Source: Candidatus Woesearchaeota archaeon
GTDB lineage: Archaea > Nanobdellota > Nanobdellia > SCGC-AAA011-G17 > GW2011-AR18
DNA: 60,133 nt
Direction: 5' to 3'
NCBI GenBank assembly: GCA_018302105.1
Contig: JAGWAD010000009.1
Location: forward strand, 1-60,133
The translations under genes were made by a program, and so were the position numbers. This document shows positions 1-10,137 of the stretch, piece by piece. The notes under the pieces are model-generated. The model was not told where the DNA came from, did not search any database, and saw only the letters and a list, made by a program, of their open reading frames with translations. Every line of letters begins with the position of its first letter. Position 1 is the first letter of the stretch.

Positions 1-98
1 TTCCTGTTAATATAGTATTTAATCTTTTCGTTTAATTTATAGGCCTATAACCAAATAATTTAGTAAGCTTTTTAATTAGACATCAATCGCTTAATAAT

Positions 99-509
99 AT
101 GAAGATTTTTATATGTTGCAGCAAATATTTTTACAATAGGATTTCTGAAATAAAAGAAAGGCTAGAAAATTCAGGACATGAAATAACTTTACCAAACAGT
201 TATGAACATCCATTTAAAGAAGAAGAGATTAAAAAATTAAGCAAAGAAGAACATATACAATGGAAATCTGCAATGCTTAGATCTCAAGAAAGTAAAGTTA
301 AGTCAAATGACGCTATTTTAGTTTTAAACTTTGATAAAAATGAAAGTAAGAATTATATTGGGGGAGCTACATTTTTAGAAATATTTAAAGCATTTGAATT
401 AAATAAGAAAATATTTTTATTAAATCCTCTTCCTGATAATATTTTCAAAGATGAATTAACTGCAATTAATCCAATAATAATCAATGGAGATTTATCTAAA
501 ATTTACTGA
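99..509 (+). CDS. Nucleoside 2-deoxyribosyltransferase-like small alpha/beta protein
   Basis: MKIFICCS strand start, then DAILVLN, YIGGATFLE and KKIFLLNP; this pattern resembles the NDT-like superfamily. Confidence 0.5.
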   Translation: MKIFICCSKYFYNRISEIKERLENSGHEITLPNSYEHPFKEEEIKKLSKEEHIQWKSAMLRSQESKVKSNDAILVLNFDKNESKNYIGGATFLEIFKAFELNKKIFLLNPLPDNIFKDELTAINPIIINGDLSKIY

Positions 510-2503
510 TTTGGTGTTCCGGAAAATCTTGAAGAGCCTTCTCCAACCTGGCCGCCTACAGATTTTGGCAATGTTGTGAAACTTGAGCCATATAAACTAA
601 AATGCTGTTGAGGGAATTCTATAAAAGATTCAAAATACGGAGATGATGTATTTGATATACTTCTTGATGTTGGACCCCATGCATAAGGTGCACCAGTTGC
701 CTGACTTAATGGACTGTTGAAATATTCTAAAATTGCTAATGTTGGATTTTGTCCAATTTCACCTACAAATCCTCCTGCTTCTACTATTCCCCTTGGATGT
801 TGTGGTAATTTTCCCTGATCTGCTAATTCTCCCCATTTCTTTTCTAATTGTTCCATTATTTCTCTTATAGGAACATTTCCCATCCCTGGAGGAAGATGAG
901 AATCATGAAAACCAAAATTATCTGTTATGTGAACGTGTTTTGTTACTTCTGCTATTTCTTTTGTTTCTTCTAAAACTTTCTTTTTTAGTTCTTCGCCTTC
1001 AAATCCTGCTTTTCTTAAATTATTAATATGACCAACGTCCCATGTAGCTCCAACTAATTTTTCAGCAACTTTTTCAGCTTCTTTCCTTGATAAACCTGCT
1101 TCTTTATTATCTACTAATTCTTTTGCAAGTTTTTCTCTTGTTTGATTTACAGCTGCTTTCAAATCTTTAGCTGTTGACATTGAAGAACCTACGAAGAAAT
1201 TTTCCATAGCTACAAATGGTATTTTATTTTCTTCTCCTTTTCCTTCTTTTTTTGTATTAACATACATTCTTGCCATTGCATTTGCAACTGTGTCTGCTGT
1301 TTTTTCTATTGCAAATTCTCCAACATAACGCCATAATTTTGGTGCTGGAAGATTCAGGGCAGTATGTAATACTCCTGTGCTTTGTTCTAATTGTTTTTGT
1401 AGAATTTCTTTTTGTTTTTCTTCGTAAATTTTATTTAATTTCATAACTGTTTCCTGATCTTCAGCCTGACTTAATCCGTGTCTAACTTGATTTAAATCCC
1501 TGTATATTACCTTTATTTCTTCATCTTTCTTTTGATATTCTTCATTTGTTTTCTTTATCTGTTCTTGATAATGTTCTTTTACTTTATCACTTGAGAATCT
1601 TATAAATTTATCATATAAATTCTGATATTCACTTGCTAATCTAGAGTGCACTATTTCTATATCATCCTGCATTATTTTCATATCTCTATTATTTGTATTC
1701 CATAACTGTTGATAGTTTGGATCATTTGTCAAACCGGATTTTTCAATTGCTTCGTTTTGTTTTGATTTTAATTCAAATTTTTCTTTTACTTTTTCAAGTT
1801 CTTTAAATCTTGTTGTTATTTTTTCTCTTTCCTGATCCCAATATGTACTGTTTGTACTATGAAGTCTTTTCATTGGATCCCATATTTCTGGTTTATCTTT
1901 TCCAAAATAATATTTTTCTTCATAATCTAGTTTAGTTACATCTCCTGTATCCTGGTTTACTGCAACTATACTTCTAAATCCTAAAGGTTGTTTTTTAACT
2001 ACTGGATTTCCTTTTTCATCCCTAATTATATCTCCATTTTCATCTAATTGTGTTACATACATATCTTTTTGATATTCCTGAGCCTGCATGTGTCCTGCAT
2101 GAAAAACAACTGGAACACTTTCTTTATTTGTTAATTGGAATGATCTTTGTAAAATTGAATATAATCTTTCTTCTGTTTCTTTTCTCTGATCTTCAGACCA
2201 TCTTCCTTGGCCCTGTTCTGGGAATCCAGCCAGATCAACTAATGGTGCATGAACTGAAATATTAGAATCTGTAATTTTTGCTAATCTTCTTATTTCTTCA
2301 AAATGTTGTTTTGGAATAAATTCAAATTTATCAGCTGATATTGTACCTATTTCGACATTTTTTATTCCCTGATTTAATAATTTGCCAAATTCTTCCAACT
2401 GTTTTGCAACCATTGGATTAGTCGGGGCTCCTAAATTTTTCATAGGAATACTAAATGTCTTATTATCATTTGATTTTATATAGGATTTGTAAAAGTTTGC
2501 CAT
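503..2503 (-). CDS. Xylose isomerase/endonuclease IV-like TIM-barrel metalloprotein with long helical insertion
   Basis: Metal-ligand motifs SVHAP, VFHAG, MEN, WDVGH and HVHITDN..HDSHLPPGMGNVP; Q/E/K-rich helical insert between barrel strands. Confidence 0.75.
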   Translation of the reverse strand: MANFYKSYIKSNDNKTFSIPMKNLGAPTNPMVAKQLEEFGKLLNQGIKNVEIGTISADKFEFIPKQHFEEIRRLAKITDSNISVHAPLVDLAGFPEQGQGRWSEDQRKETEERLYSILQRSFQLTNKESVPVVFHAGHMQAQEYQKDMYVTQLDENGDIIRDEKGNPVVKKQPLGFRSIVAVNQDTGDVTKLDYEEKYYFGKDKPEIWDPMKRLHSTNSTYWDQEREKITTRFKELEKVKEKFELKSKQNEAIEKSGLTNDPNYQQLWNTNNRDMKIMQDDIEIVHSRLASEYQNLYDKFIRFSSDKVKEHYQEQIKKTNEEYQKKDEEIKVIYRDLNQVRHGLSQAEDQETVMKLNKIYEEKQKEILQKQLEQSTGVLHTALNLPAPKLWRYVGEFAIEKTADTVANAMARMYVNTKKEGKGEENKIPFVAMENFFVGSSMSTAKDLKAAVNQTREKLAKELVDNKEAGLSRKEAEKVAEKLVGATWDVGHINNLRKAGFEGEELKKKVLEETKEIAEVTKHVHITDNFGFHDSHLPPGMGNVPIREIMEQLEKKWGELADQGKLPQHPRGIVEAGGFVGEIGQNPTLAILEYFNSPLSQATGAPYAWGPTSRSISNTSSPYFESFIEFPQQHFSLYGSSFTTLPKSVGGQVGEGSSRFSGTPNQ

Positions 2504-2538
2504 GAATATAAATTAGTTATAATGTTTTTATAGTTTTC

Positions 2539-2633
2539 TATAACAAACCACATAAATTCTCAAGTTAAAAGTGATTTGATATCAGTCAACAACAAACATA
2601 AAAAATACCTGATTACTTTGTTTGTTGATTATA
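2539..2633 (+). repeat. Dispersed double-hairpin repeat, family A copy 1
   Basis: Near-identical to 17682-17774 (CAAACCACATAAAT..GTGATTTG..AGTCAACAACAAA..GTTGA-TATA). Confidence 0.85.
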
Positions 2634-2642
2634 TTAGAATTT

Positions 2643-4142
2643 TTAAACATTCATCATTCCATGTGTTTTTTTATAAACATTATAGATAGTAAAAGTCATT
2701 TTACCTGCTGAATCTTCTGCTGCTTTTCTTACATCGTTATAAACTACTGAAGAAATTTTTTTCTTTCCTGTTGTAAAACTGATTGCTGGTTTGAAAATAC
2801 CTGTAAATCCTGAGAAAATTCCATCAAATGCGCCTGGAACAGGTTTTTTCTTTATTTCTTTTTTTGTGTCTTCTTCATTTTTAGGAGGATCTAAATATGC
2901 ACTTATTTCATCTTGTAATAATTTTAGACTATTACCAATATAATCTTCTATTAAATCAATATCTTCATATAATTCATAATTATCCAAAGCCTGCATTTCT
3001 ATGTCATCGAATACAAACCCTTTGAATGCAATATCTGTCCTTCCACCATGTACATAATGCCTTCCTCCCTGTCCTGATAATGCAGAAGGAACACTTCTAA
3101 AATCTGTTATAATTTCAATAACTGCAAAATATTTTCTATCTAACTTAACATCTTTTAATGATTCATGCACTGCATCTGGTTTAACTTCTCTTTTCCCATA
3201 TAATCTTATTTCCATTTCCATATTGCTGAAACTATTTACTATGTTTGGATTTTTGAAGTCTTTTGGTTCTGATCCTTTTGTTTTTAATTTTTGAGAAGCT
3301 ATCAAATAAGGTTTCACCCAATTTGCATATAATTTTAGAGAACCTACCTGTGATTTTAAATAAATTCTTTCCAAATTATATCTTTTTCTAATTTCTTCTT
3401 CACTTTTTTTAACCCAAGTTTCATATTCTTCTAATTTTCTTTCTAAAATATTTATTACTCTTTCATTTAAGTCTGCATCTTTTAATTCTTTTATTGTATT
3501 AAAATGGAAAAATGCATCTCTTAAAGTTATGAACTGTAAATCTTGGGCTAATAAATTAATGCTTCCTCTTCCTTTTCTTGCATCTACCTGATCCATCCAG
3601 ATTCCTTTTAATGATTTTACGCCTCCACTTTTGATTTTCGGATCTTCGCTTTTTGCATGATCATAGGCTTCTATCCGAATTTCAAATTCTTTTAAATCAT
3701 AAATAAGATTAATTATACTTTTAATTATCTGGTTAATTGCACCTATATATTCTATTGATTTTTGCTGCATCAATGAAGATCTTTGTCCCATTTCTCCAAA
3801 ATAACCTGAAGTAACTGATGCTTCGAATGATTCTGGTCCTTTTTTAACATCCAAGCCAAGTCCTCCTGGTGGAGAATCACGCATGAAATCCAAAATCCAG
3901 AAATAAATTGGTTCAAGGCTTTCATTAATTGAATCATATGTTAATCTATAATCGCCGTTTGGTTTTTGTTTTGTAAGCAAAGGAACTATTAATTTTGTAA
4001 AACTTCTATTCATGTCTTTGTATTTTTCATCTTTTAGAAATTCTTTTAGATATTCAATCTTTTCTTTATCTTCCTTCTTTTTATCTAATTCTTTTTCTAT
4101 CTCTTTTAAAGAAAGCTTCTCTTTTTCTTCAGCCATAATCAA
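2643..4142 (-). CDS. Hypothetical protein, 499 aa
   Basis: Long ORF with typical composition; no recognised catalytic motif. Confidence 0.8.
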   Translation of the reverse strand: MIMAEEKEKLSLKEIEKELDKKKEDKEKIEYLKEFLKDEKYKDMNRSFTKLIVPLLTKQKPNGDYRLTYDSINESLEPIYFWILDFMRDSPPGGLGLDVKKGPESFEASVTSGYFGEMGQRSSLMQQKSIEYIGAINQIIKSIINLIYDLKEFEIRIEAYDHAKSEDPKIKSGGVKSLKGIWMDQVDARKGRGSINLLAQDLQFITLRDAFFHFNTIKELKDADLNERVINILERKLEEYETWVKKSEEEIRKRYNLERIYLKSQVGSLKLYANWVKPYLIASQKLKTKGSEPKDFKNPNIVNSFSNMEMEIRLYGKREVKPDAVHESLKDVKLDRKYFAVIEIITDFRSVPSALSGQGGRHYVHGGRTDIAFKGFVFDDIEMQALDNYELYEDIDLIEDYIGNSLKLLQDEISAYLDPPKNEEDTKKEIKKKPVPGAFDGIFSGFTGIFKPAISFTTGKKKISSVVYNDVRKAAEDSAGKMTFTIYNVYKKTHGMMNV

Positions 4143-4178
4143 AAAGTATTTATACTCAGCAATATTTAAATATTTTGT

Positions 4179-4514
4179 ATGGGTTTATTTAGCTTTTTCA
4201 GAAAAAACAAGGGTGAAGATGTGATAAACGAGGATAATTCGTTTAATGATAATCCAGATATTAACGATCCACAACCTGATTTTGGAGCTGATTTTGATAA
4301 ACCTAATAATAATCTAGGACTTAACAGACCAAGCTTTCATGAAACACAGCCTAGCCAACCAATCTATTCCCAGCCAACTTTTAATGCTCCAGCCGGACTT
4401 AATTCAACAGATACACAATTATTTTTAGCTAAACTTGATTTAATTAACCAAAGACTTGAAGTAATTGATAGAAGATTACAAGTTATAGAAGACATTGCAA
4501 AACAGAGCAGATGA
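4179..4514 (+). CDS. Hypothetical protein: N-terminal amphipathic motif, disordered linker, C-terminal coiled coil
   Basis: MGLFSFFRK start; N/P/D-rich linker; heptad LAKLDLINQRLEVIDRRLQVIE. Confidence 0.75.
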   Translation: MGLFSFFRKNKGEDVINEDNSFNDNPDINDPQPDFGADFDKPNNNLGLNRPSFHETQPSQPIYSQPTFNAPAGLNSTDTQLFLAKLDLINQRLEVIDRRLQVIEDIAKQSR

Positions 4515-4535
4515 GAATGGGTCAATGGAAGCGTA

Positions 4536-4958
4536 ATGAAAAACTTAATTACTAAATATTATAAACATATTATTCTTATAGTCTTCTTATTTTTACTTGA
4601 TATTTTAACTAAAATTTTTTTTAAAGGAAAAAACATAGAAATTTTTAAATATTTTTCATTTAATTATGTTGAAAATACAGGGATAACTTTTGGATTATTA
4701 AAAAATAATAATCTAATATTTATTCTAATTACGTTTGTTATAGTCTATTTAATTATTTATTATTATAAAAAGGAGAAGAAACTTCAATATGGCTTTGATT
4801 TTGTTTTAGCAGGTGCTTTTGGAAATTTAATTAACAGAATATTTTATGGATATGTTATTGATTTTATTGATTTTAAAATCTGGCCCGTATTCAATTTAGC
4901 AGATATGTTTGTGATTATTGGTGTTTTAATAATTTTGTATAAATCTTGGAAAAGTTAA
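4536..4958 (+). CDS. lspA: Lipoprotein signal peptidase II
   Basis: [28 protein letters not shown] and FNLAD motifs; both catalytic Asp present; four hydrophobic segments. Confidence 0.93.
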   Translation: MKNLITKYYKHIILIVFLFLLDILTKIFFKGKNIEIFKYFSFNYVENTGITFGLLKNNNLIFILITFVIVYLIIYYYKKEKKLQYGFDFVLAGAFGNLINRIFYGYVIDFIDFKIWPVFNLADMFVIIGVLIILYKSWKS

Positions 4959-4992
4959 ACTATTAAATATGAAGTTATTCTTATTTTTATAC

Positions 4993-5116
4993 GAGCCTGT
5001 AGTCTAACCAGGATATAATAATTGGCTTCGGATAAACTTCAATGACTAAAAGCTATTTATGCTTTGGATGACTTAGAAGTAACCAATAGATGAGGGTTCA
5101 AATCCCTCCAGGCTCA
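4993..5116 (+). tRNA. tRNA-Arg(UCG) with 50-nt intron at 37/38 (5032-5081)
   Basis: Acceptor stem GAGCCTG/CAGGCTC; anticodon stem ATTGG/CCAAT; TCG at 5028-5030; T arm GAGGG-TTCAAAT-CCCTC; BHB with CTTC/GAAG central helix. Confidence 0.93.
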
Positions 5117-5156
5117 TTTCCAAATTATTATATACTTCCTTATTTAATGAATTAAA

Positions 5157-5984
5157 ATGAAAAAATTTGTTTTAACTTTGTTAGTATTAATTATTTTATT
5201 AGTTGCTTGCTCTCAAAAAGATGATTCTAAAGATAAGTTAGATATAATTGATAATACTAAAAATTTTTATCAGGTAAACTCTAAAATTCTAAATATTGAG
5301 GTTATTGAAAATCTTACTATCGGAACTTGTATGCAAAATTATTGTAGAAGTTTTGAATTAACAGAACAGTCTTTTGTAGAATTGTTAAGAAATGCAGAAA
5401 AAGTAAATAATGATAATCCATTATTAAAAAAATGGCCATATGAACAAACATATTCAGGATATTTTACTTCTAAAAATAAGAATTATGATTTTGCATTATT
5501 TTCTGGCGGATTGGGAAGAATCATACCATCGGATAAAAATACAGATTGTTTAACATCAGACGGTTATAAGGTAAACATAAATGAAGATTGCACATTCTTT
5601 ACGTATAATGAAAGATATAATAATGAAGACTATTTATCTGTATCAGTATCATTTTATTCAGGACGTGAAAATCCAGCATTCACTTTAAGAAATGATGAGG
5701 AAATAAATATTATAAAAGAAAAAATAAAAAAACTGCCTAAAATTGATGAATCAAACGATTTTGAAAAATATATGGGAAATATTATAGTGTTTAACAGAGG
5801 AATAAAAGAATTCCCTAACATGGTTATTATAGGCTCTGATACTGTAGCTGTTGGTTTTGGAAAAGAAAGACAATATTTTAAAGATACAAATCACGAATTA
5901 AACAAATATATGATTGAATTAATAAAGAAATATCTAAAACAAGAAGAACTACCAAAATATTTTTATAAATCTGAGGTTAATTAA
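5157..5984 (+). CDS. Putative lipoprotein
   Basis: MKK, hydrophobic core, then LVAC lipobox-like motif. Confidence 0.75.
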   Translation: MKKFVLTLLVLIILLVACSQKDDSKDKLDIIDNTKNFYQVNSKILNIEVIENLTIGTCMQNYCRSFELTEQSFVELLRNAEKVNNDNPLLKKWPYEQTYSGYFTSKNKNYDFALFSGGLGRIIPSDKNTDCLTSDGYKVNINEDCTFFTYNERYNNEDYLSVSVSFYSGRENPAFTLRNDEEINIIKEKIKKLPKIDESNDFEKYMGNIIVFNRGIKEFPNMVIIGSDTVAVGFGKERQYFKDTNHELNKYMIELIKKYLKQEELPKYFYKSEVN

Positions 5985-5987
5985 ATA

Positions 5988-6455
5988 ATGGTAGAATTAT
6001 TATTTAAGCTTGGAATTTTAATAATAAGTTTTTTTATTGTGTATTTATTTTTTAGAAAACATAAAAATATATTCGAGAACTGGAAATTCTGGTTAACTTG
6101 GGCTTTAACAAGTATAATAATTTTTATAATAATATATAGTTTAATACTTACATTTATTTTTATAAAATTTTCACCTAATTTTGATTCAAGAGATTTTAAT
6201 GTAGAAGAATGGAACAATAATACAGATAAAAGAAACGAATTAGTTGGAGACTTAATGGATAGTAAAATACTTGATGATAAAACAAGGAAAGAAGTTATTG
6301 AATTTTTAGGGAATAAAAAAGCCAATATTAATGGGACAGAATATATTGAATATTATATTAGTCCTGGAATGGGATTCCTTAGTCTGGATTCAGATACATT
6401 AATAATTTATTTCAAAAATGACGGGGTTTCAGAATATAAAATAATTTCTGATTAG
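5988..6455 (+). CDS. Membrane protein with a BamE/SmpA-like C-terminal domain
   Basis: Two TM segments; TRKEVIEFLG..YY..LIIYFKNDGV pattern. Confidence 0.55.
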   Translation: MVELLFKLGILIISFFIVYLFFRKHKNIFENWKFWLTWALTSIIIFIIIYSLILTFIFIKFSPNFDSRDFNVEEWNNNTDKRNELVGDLMDSKILDDKTRKEVIEFLGNKKANINGTEYIEYYISPGMGFLSLDSDTLIIYFKNDGVSEYKIISD

Positions 6456-6459
6456 TATT

Positions 6460-8397
6460 TTACAATAAATGCAGAAAAGCTAATAATTTGACATACCAAG
6501 GAACATTAAGTATTTTTATAGGATATTCATTTATTGACTCTTGTTGTTTTCCTTGTTTGTCTTTAAATTTAATGCTTAATTTTATTTTATCTGAACTTAC
6601 AAATTCTGATGCTTCTGCCATTATTAATATTTTTTTGGATTTTGAAAGTTCCGGGATTTCAGAAACTTTTATATCATTTACAAATACTTCTAATTCTTTT
6701 ACAGGTACTTTAACAAGTAAATCCATTTCTATTTTTGTTTTTTCATTATAGTCTACTTCAGAATCATAAACGAAATTTTTTATTTCCAAACCAGAAGAAT
6801 CAATTACTTCAAATTTTATTATATCTGAAACTTCTATATTATTGGTTTTTGCAACAATTTCAATATTTTTTTCTCCTTTATTATTATTTTTTAATATAAA
6901 TTCAATATAAACAGAGTCTGATATTTGCAATTCACTTATTTCTTTACAATCTTCTTCTAAACATACATTGATTCCAAATAATTGTATGTTTCCTTTATTT
7001 CTTATATTACATTTAATATTTAAATTTTCATCAATTAAACCAAATTCATCTGAAGAACAGTCAATGGCTAATTTTTGTGAAGTCTTTTTTATTGTAGATA
7101 ATGAATTCTCTTTAATCATTTCATTTGCTTCTTCTAAAGTTATAATTTTTTCATTATTGCTAAAAGTAATTTCAGAATAAGCCTGATTGTGGAAATTATC
7201 TTCTGCTTCTAATTTTGAAGTGTAAATAAAATTTTCTTCTGTTTTTTTAGGTATTGTTGCAATCCAAAATATTTTTTTATTTTCTCCAGGTTTTAGAACT
7301 AAAGCTTTGTAATTTTTTTCAGTTAATTCCGGAGCTTTAAGAAAAGTTAATGTAACTGGGAAATAGAAATTGTTATCGTTTATTATTTCTACTTCTATTG
7401 GAACGTAACTTCCAGGACCAACGTTTTTAATTAATGGTTTTATTTTTATTTCTAATTGCTTGCCTATTTTTTCACCTGTCCTTATTAAAGAAGTTTTTAC
7501 TTCTAATTTTGAAGGTTTAAATTCTGCATCTACAGATTTCCAATTGTATCTTACTGCAGGTTCTCCTGAATCAACACTTGTTTTTACTTTAATATGAGAA
7601 GAATCTATCCAACCATATTGTACATAAGTTATATCAAATGGAACCCATCCTTTGTCTGGAAAATAAACTTCTGCCCATGCATGCGGACCCCAATCATTTT
7701 TTAAGTTTGTATAAGCCATGCCTGAAACATATCTTGCTGGAATTCCTAATGATCGCATCATGGAAATATACAAGTTTGTCAATTCATCACAAACACCTTC
7801 CTTATTTTTTAAAACCCAGCTTGATTTTTGTACAGATTCAGCAGTTAATGTGCTTAAATCATATTTTATATTTTTTTGAATCCAATCTGCAACTTTAATA
7901 GAAACCTCATATAAATCATCTTCTCCTGATGCCAGTTCCTGTGCCTGTTTTTTAATGTCTTCATTAATGTCAATATATTCTGTTGGTTGAGTGTAATAAG
8001 TTTCTACATTTTCTAAAGGGAAATCAATTTTTTTATCTACTATTACAAGAACGTTGTTAACCCTTACATTTGAATCTAAGGAAAATTTGTATTCTCCAGG
8101 TTTTGGATTTTGCCAGAAATAACCAATAGTACTATTCTTCTTTGTTATTACTGAAGATGGAACAGAACTTGGTGTTGTACTTAATATTTTTTGATTTATT
8201 TCATCTTTTGGAAAAAATGTTAAATTGGTTGTTGCTTCAGATGTTCTTGCACTATTACTTGTTTCAATTAATTGAAAAGAACCAGAAACTGTAAATTTCA
8301 TTTCTAAATAAGTTACATCATTATAATCGTTTATTGGAGTCTGAGCTAGAACTGAAGATACTAAAATTAATAGTGTAAAAAAATAAATTATTTTCAT
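6460..8397 (-). CDS. Secreted transglutaminase-like Cys protein with beta-rich C-terminal domains
   Basis: Signal peptide; GVCDE, HAWAEVY and FDIT give a Cys-His-Asp triad. Confidence 0.88.
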   Translation of the reverse strand: MKIIYFFTLLILVSSVLAQTPINDYNDVTYLEMKFTVSGSFQLIETSNSARTSEATTNLTFFPKDEINQKILSTTPSSVPSSVITKKNSTIGYFWQNPKPGEYKFSLDSNVRVNNVLVIVDKKIDFPLENVETYYTQPTEYIDINEDIKKQAQELASGEDDLYEVSIKVADWIQKNIKYDLSTLTAESVQKSSWVLKNKEGVCDELTNLYISMMRSLGIPARYVSGMAYTNLKNDWGPHAWAEVYFPDKGWVPFDITYVQYGWIDSSHIKVKTSVDSGEPAVRYNWKSVDAEFKPSKLEVKTSLIRTGEKIGKQLEIKIKPLIKNVGPGSYVPIEVEIINDNNFYFPVTLTFLKAPELTEKNYKALVLKPGENKKIFWIATIPKKTEENFIYTSKLEAEDNFHNQAYSEITFSNNEKIITLEEANEMIKENSLSTIKKTSQKLAIDCSSDEFGLIDENLNIKCNIRNKGNIQLFGINVCLEEDCKEISELQISDSVYIEFILKNNNKGEKNIEIVAKTNNIEVSDIIKFEVIDSSGLEIKNFVYDSEVDYNEKTKIEMDLLVKVPVKELEVFVNDIKVSEIPELSKSKKILIMAEASEFVSSDKIKLSIKFKDKQGKQQESINEYPIKILNVPWYVKLLAFLHLL

Positions 8398-9425
8398 TAT
8401 CTTTTTTTAATTTCCTGTTTAATGTTCTCTATAAATCTTTCGAAATCTTCTTTTTTTACTGAAGCACCACATGCAAACTTGTGGCCACCACCATAACCTT
8501 CTATTCCAATTAATGCTTTTCCTAATATTCTTTCAATATTTATTTTTGCTGTCCTTAAGCTCATTGTAATATAATTTTCTTTTTCTCTTCCAACTATTAC
8601 TATTTTATCAGGATATAAATATTTTAATTCGCCAGCCAAATCTGCTGTAAAACTTGTTTCTTGTTCTGGATAAATAAATAATAATATTTTTTCTTTTGTT
8701 AATTTTTCCTTTGCCTGGTTTAATAATGTATTATATTCTTTTGAAAGATATTGGCTTCTATCAAATAAGAATTTTCCTTCTTTTGTTAATGAATTTAATA
8801 TTTCATAAGGCGATTCTATTTTTTCTAAACATTCTAAAGATTTTTTAACAAGTTCCTTTTTTCCTTTTAAATTAAAAGAGATTATTTTTACTAATTTTCC
8901 AAATTCTGAATTGTATATTATTTTATCTATATTTTTTTCTGTAATTAAACCTGGAAATTCTTTTATAAATTTATCAGTAAAATTTGGAAGATAATAATCT
9001 GAAATGCAACCAAGCATTGCCAACCATAAATTAGATTTAGCTACTGAATATACAAGATAAGTTGTTGGTCTGTTATCTTTTTTATTGTGCTTTAATGGAT
9101 TATAATAATGCACTTTTGACCTTTGTTTTAATGGATGGTGATCTAACCATAGAACTGTACAGGGAGATTTATCAAAAAAATTTTGTTCTACTTCTGCTTT
9201 ATCTAAAATTATTAATAAATCCGGATAATGTCTTTCTATATATTCAATTGAAGCTGCATTTAAAGAAGGGTAAGACTTAATTGGCAGTCCTGCTCCTTTT
9301 TTATAATATTTTTTTAATACTAAATAAGCACATACTCCATCAGGATCATTATCATAGAGATAGACTGGATTTGAGGAATTTGTTATAAACTCATTTATTT
9401 CTCTTATTTCTTTTTTAGTTAACAT
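8397..9425 (-). CDS. DHH/DHHA1 phosphoesterase (RecJ/NrnA-like)
   Basis: DNDPDG, ILD, LDHH, ISD, SLR and GGGHKFACG motifs. Confidence 0.92.
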   Translation of the reverse strand: MLTKKEIREINEFITNSSNPVYLYDNDPDGVCAYLVLKKYYKKGAGLPIKSYPSLNAASIEYIERHYPDLLIILDKAEVEQNFFDKSPCTVLWLDHHPLKQRSKVHYYNPLKHNKKDNRPTTYLVYSVAKSNLWLAMLGCISDYYLPNFTDKFIKEFPGLITEKNIDKIIYNSEFGKLVKIISFNLKGKKELVKKSLECLEKIESPYEILNSLTKEGKFLFDRSQYLSKEYNTLLNQAKEKLTKEKILLFIYPEQETSFTADLAGELKYLYPDKIVIVGREKENYITMSLRTAKINIERILGKALIGIEGYGGGHKFACGASVKKEDFERFIENIKQEIKKR

Positions 9426-9456
9426 AGAAAAATTAATAATCTAATGTTTATAAGGA

Positions 9457-9552
9457 TATAGTAAATCACATAAAATTTTAGATGTATTTGTGGTCTATTG
9501 TTAGTCAACAACAAACATTCAAAAAATTTAAAAACTTTGTTGGTTGACTATA
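9457..9552 (+). repeat. Dispersed double-hairpin repeat, family A copy 2
   Basis: TATAGTAAATCACATAAA..AGTCAACAACAAA..CTTTGTTGGTTGACTATA. Confidence 0.8.
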
Positions 9553-9556
9553 TTCT

Positions 9557-9793
9557 ATGACATTTACTGAAATATTGTTTTATCTTGCTTTAGCATTGGG
9601 TATTATAATTTTTCTTAGATTGAGCTCCAGAATTTCATTATTAAACAGAATTTTTATTGCTGCAATTACAACTATTGTTTTATTCTTAATCTTTCTATTT
9701 CTTTCTACTTTAATTGCCTTAATTTTAGTTATATTTATAATTGTTTTTATAGTATCTATACTTAGAAATAGTAAGTTAAAAAATAACCGATAG
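9557..9793 (+). CDS. Small membrane protein
   Basis: 78 aa, almost entirely hydrophobic, basic C-terminus. Confidence 0.65.
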   Translation: MTFTEILFYLALALGIIIFLRLSSRISLLNRIFIAAITTIVLFLIFLFLSTLIALILVIFIIVFIVSILRNSKLKNNR

Positions 9794-9827
9794 ATTTATT
9801 AAATTAGAATGTCATTTTATTAATACA

Positions 9828-10037
9828 ATGGGTGAAGATAAAATATTGCCTTTGGCTGCAATGGAGAAACTTCTGAAAAAATGCGGTGCTCCAAGAGTTA
9901 GTGAAGATGCTAAAGAAGAAATGAAAGAAGTTTTAGAGCAATATGGCGAACTTATAGGCCAAAAAGCTGTTAAGATTGCATTGCATTCTGGAAGAAAAAC
10001 TGTTAAAGCTGGAGATATAAAGCTTGCTGAAAAATGA
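9828..10037 (+). CDS. Archaeal histone (HMf-type)
   Basis: LPLAAMEKLLK, RVSEDA and HSGRKTVKAGDIKLA histone-fold motifs. Confidence 0.96.
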   Translation: MGEDKILPLAAMEKLLKKCGAPRVSEDAKEEMKEVLEQYGELIGQKAVKIALHSGRKTVKAGDIKLAEK

Positions 10038-10137
10038 TTTTTGAAATTTTTATGACATTATTGATAATTTTGATATTAATTTCCCCAATAGTAATGATTG
10101 TTATTGAAGAATTACAAAGAACTAAAAAAATTGAATT

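Noticed and set aside
5117-6455. Integrated island at the tRNA-Arg 3' end
   Set aside because: No integrase and no duplicated tRNA 3' end were found.
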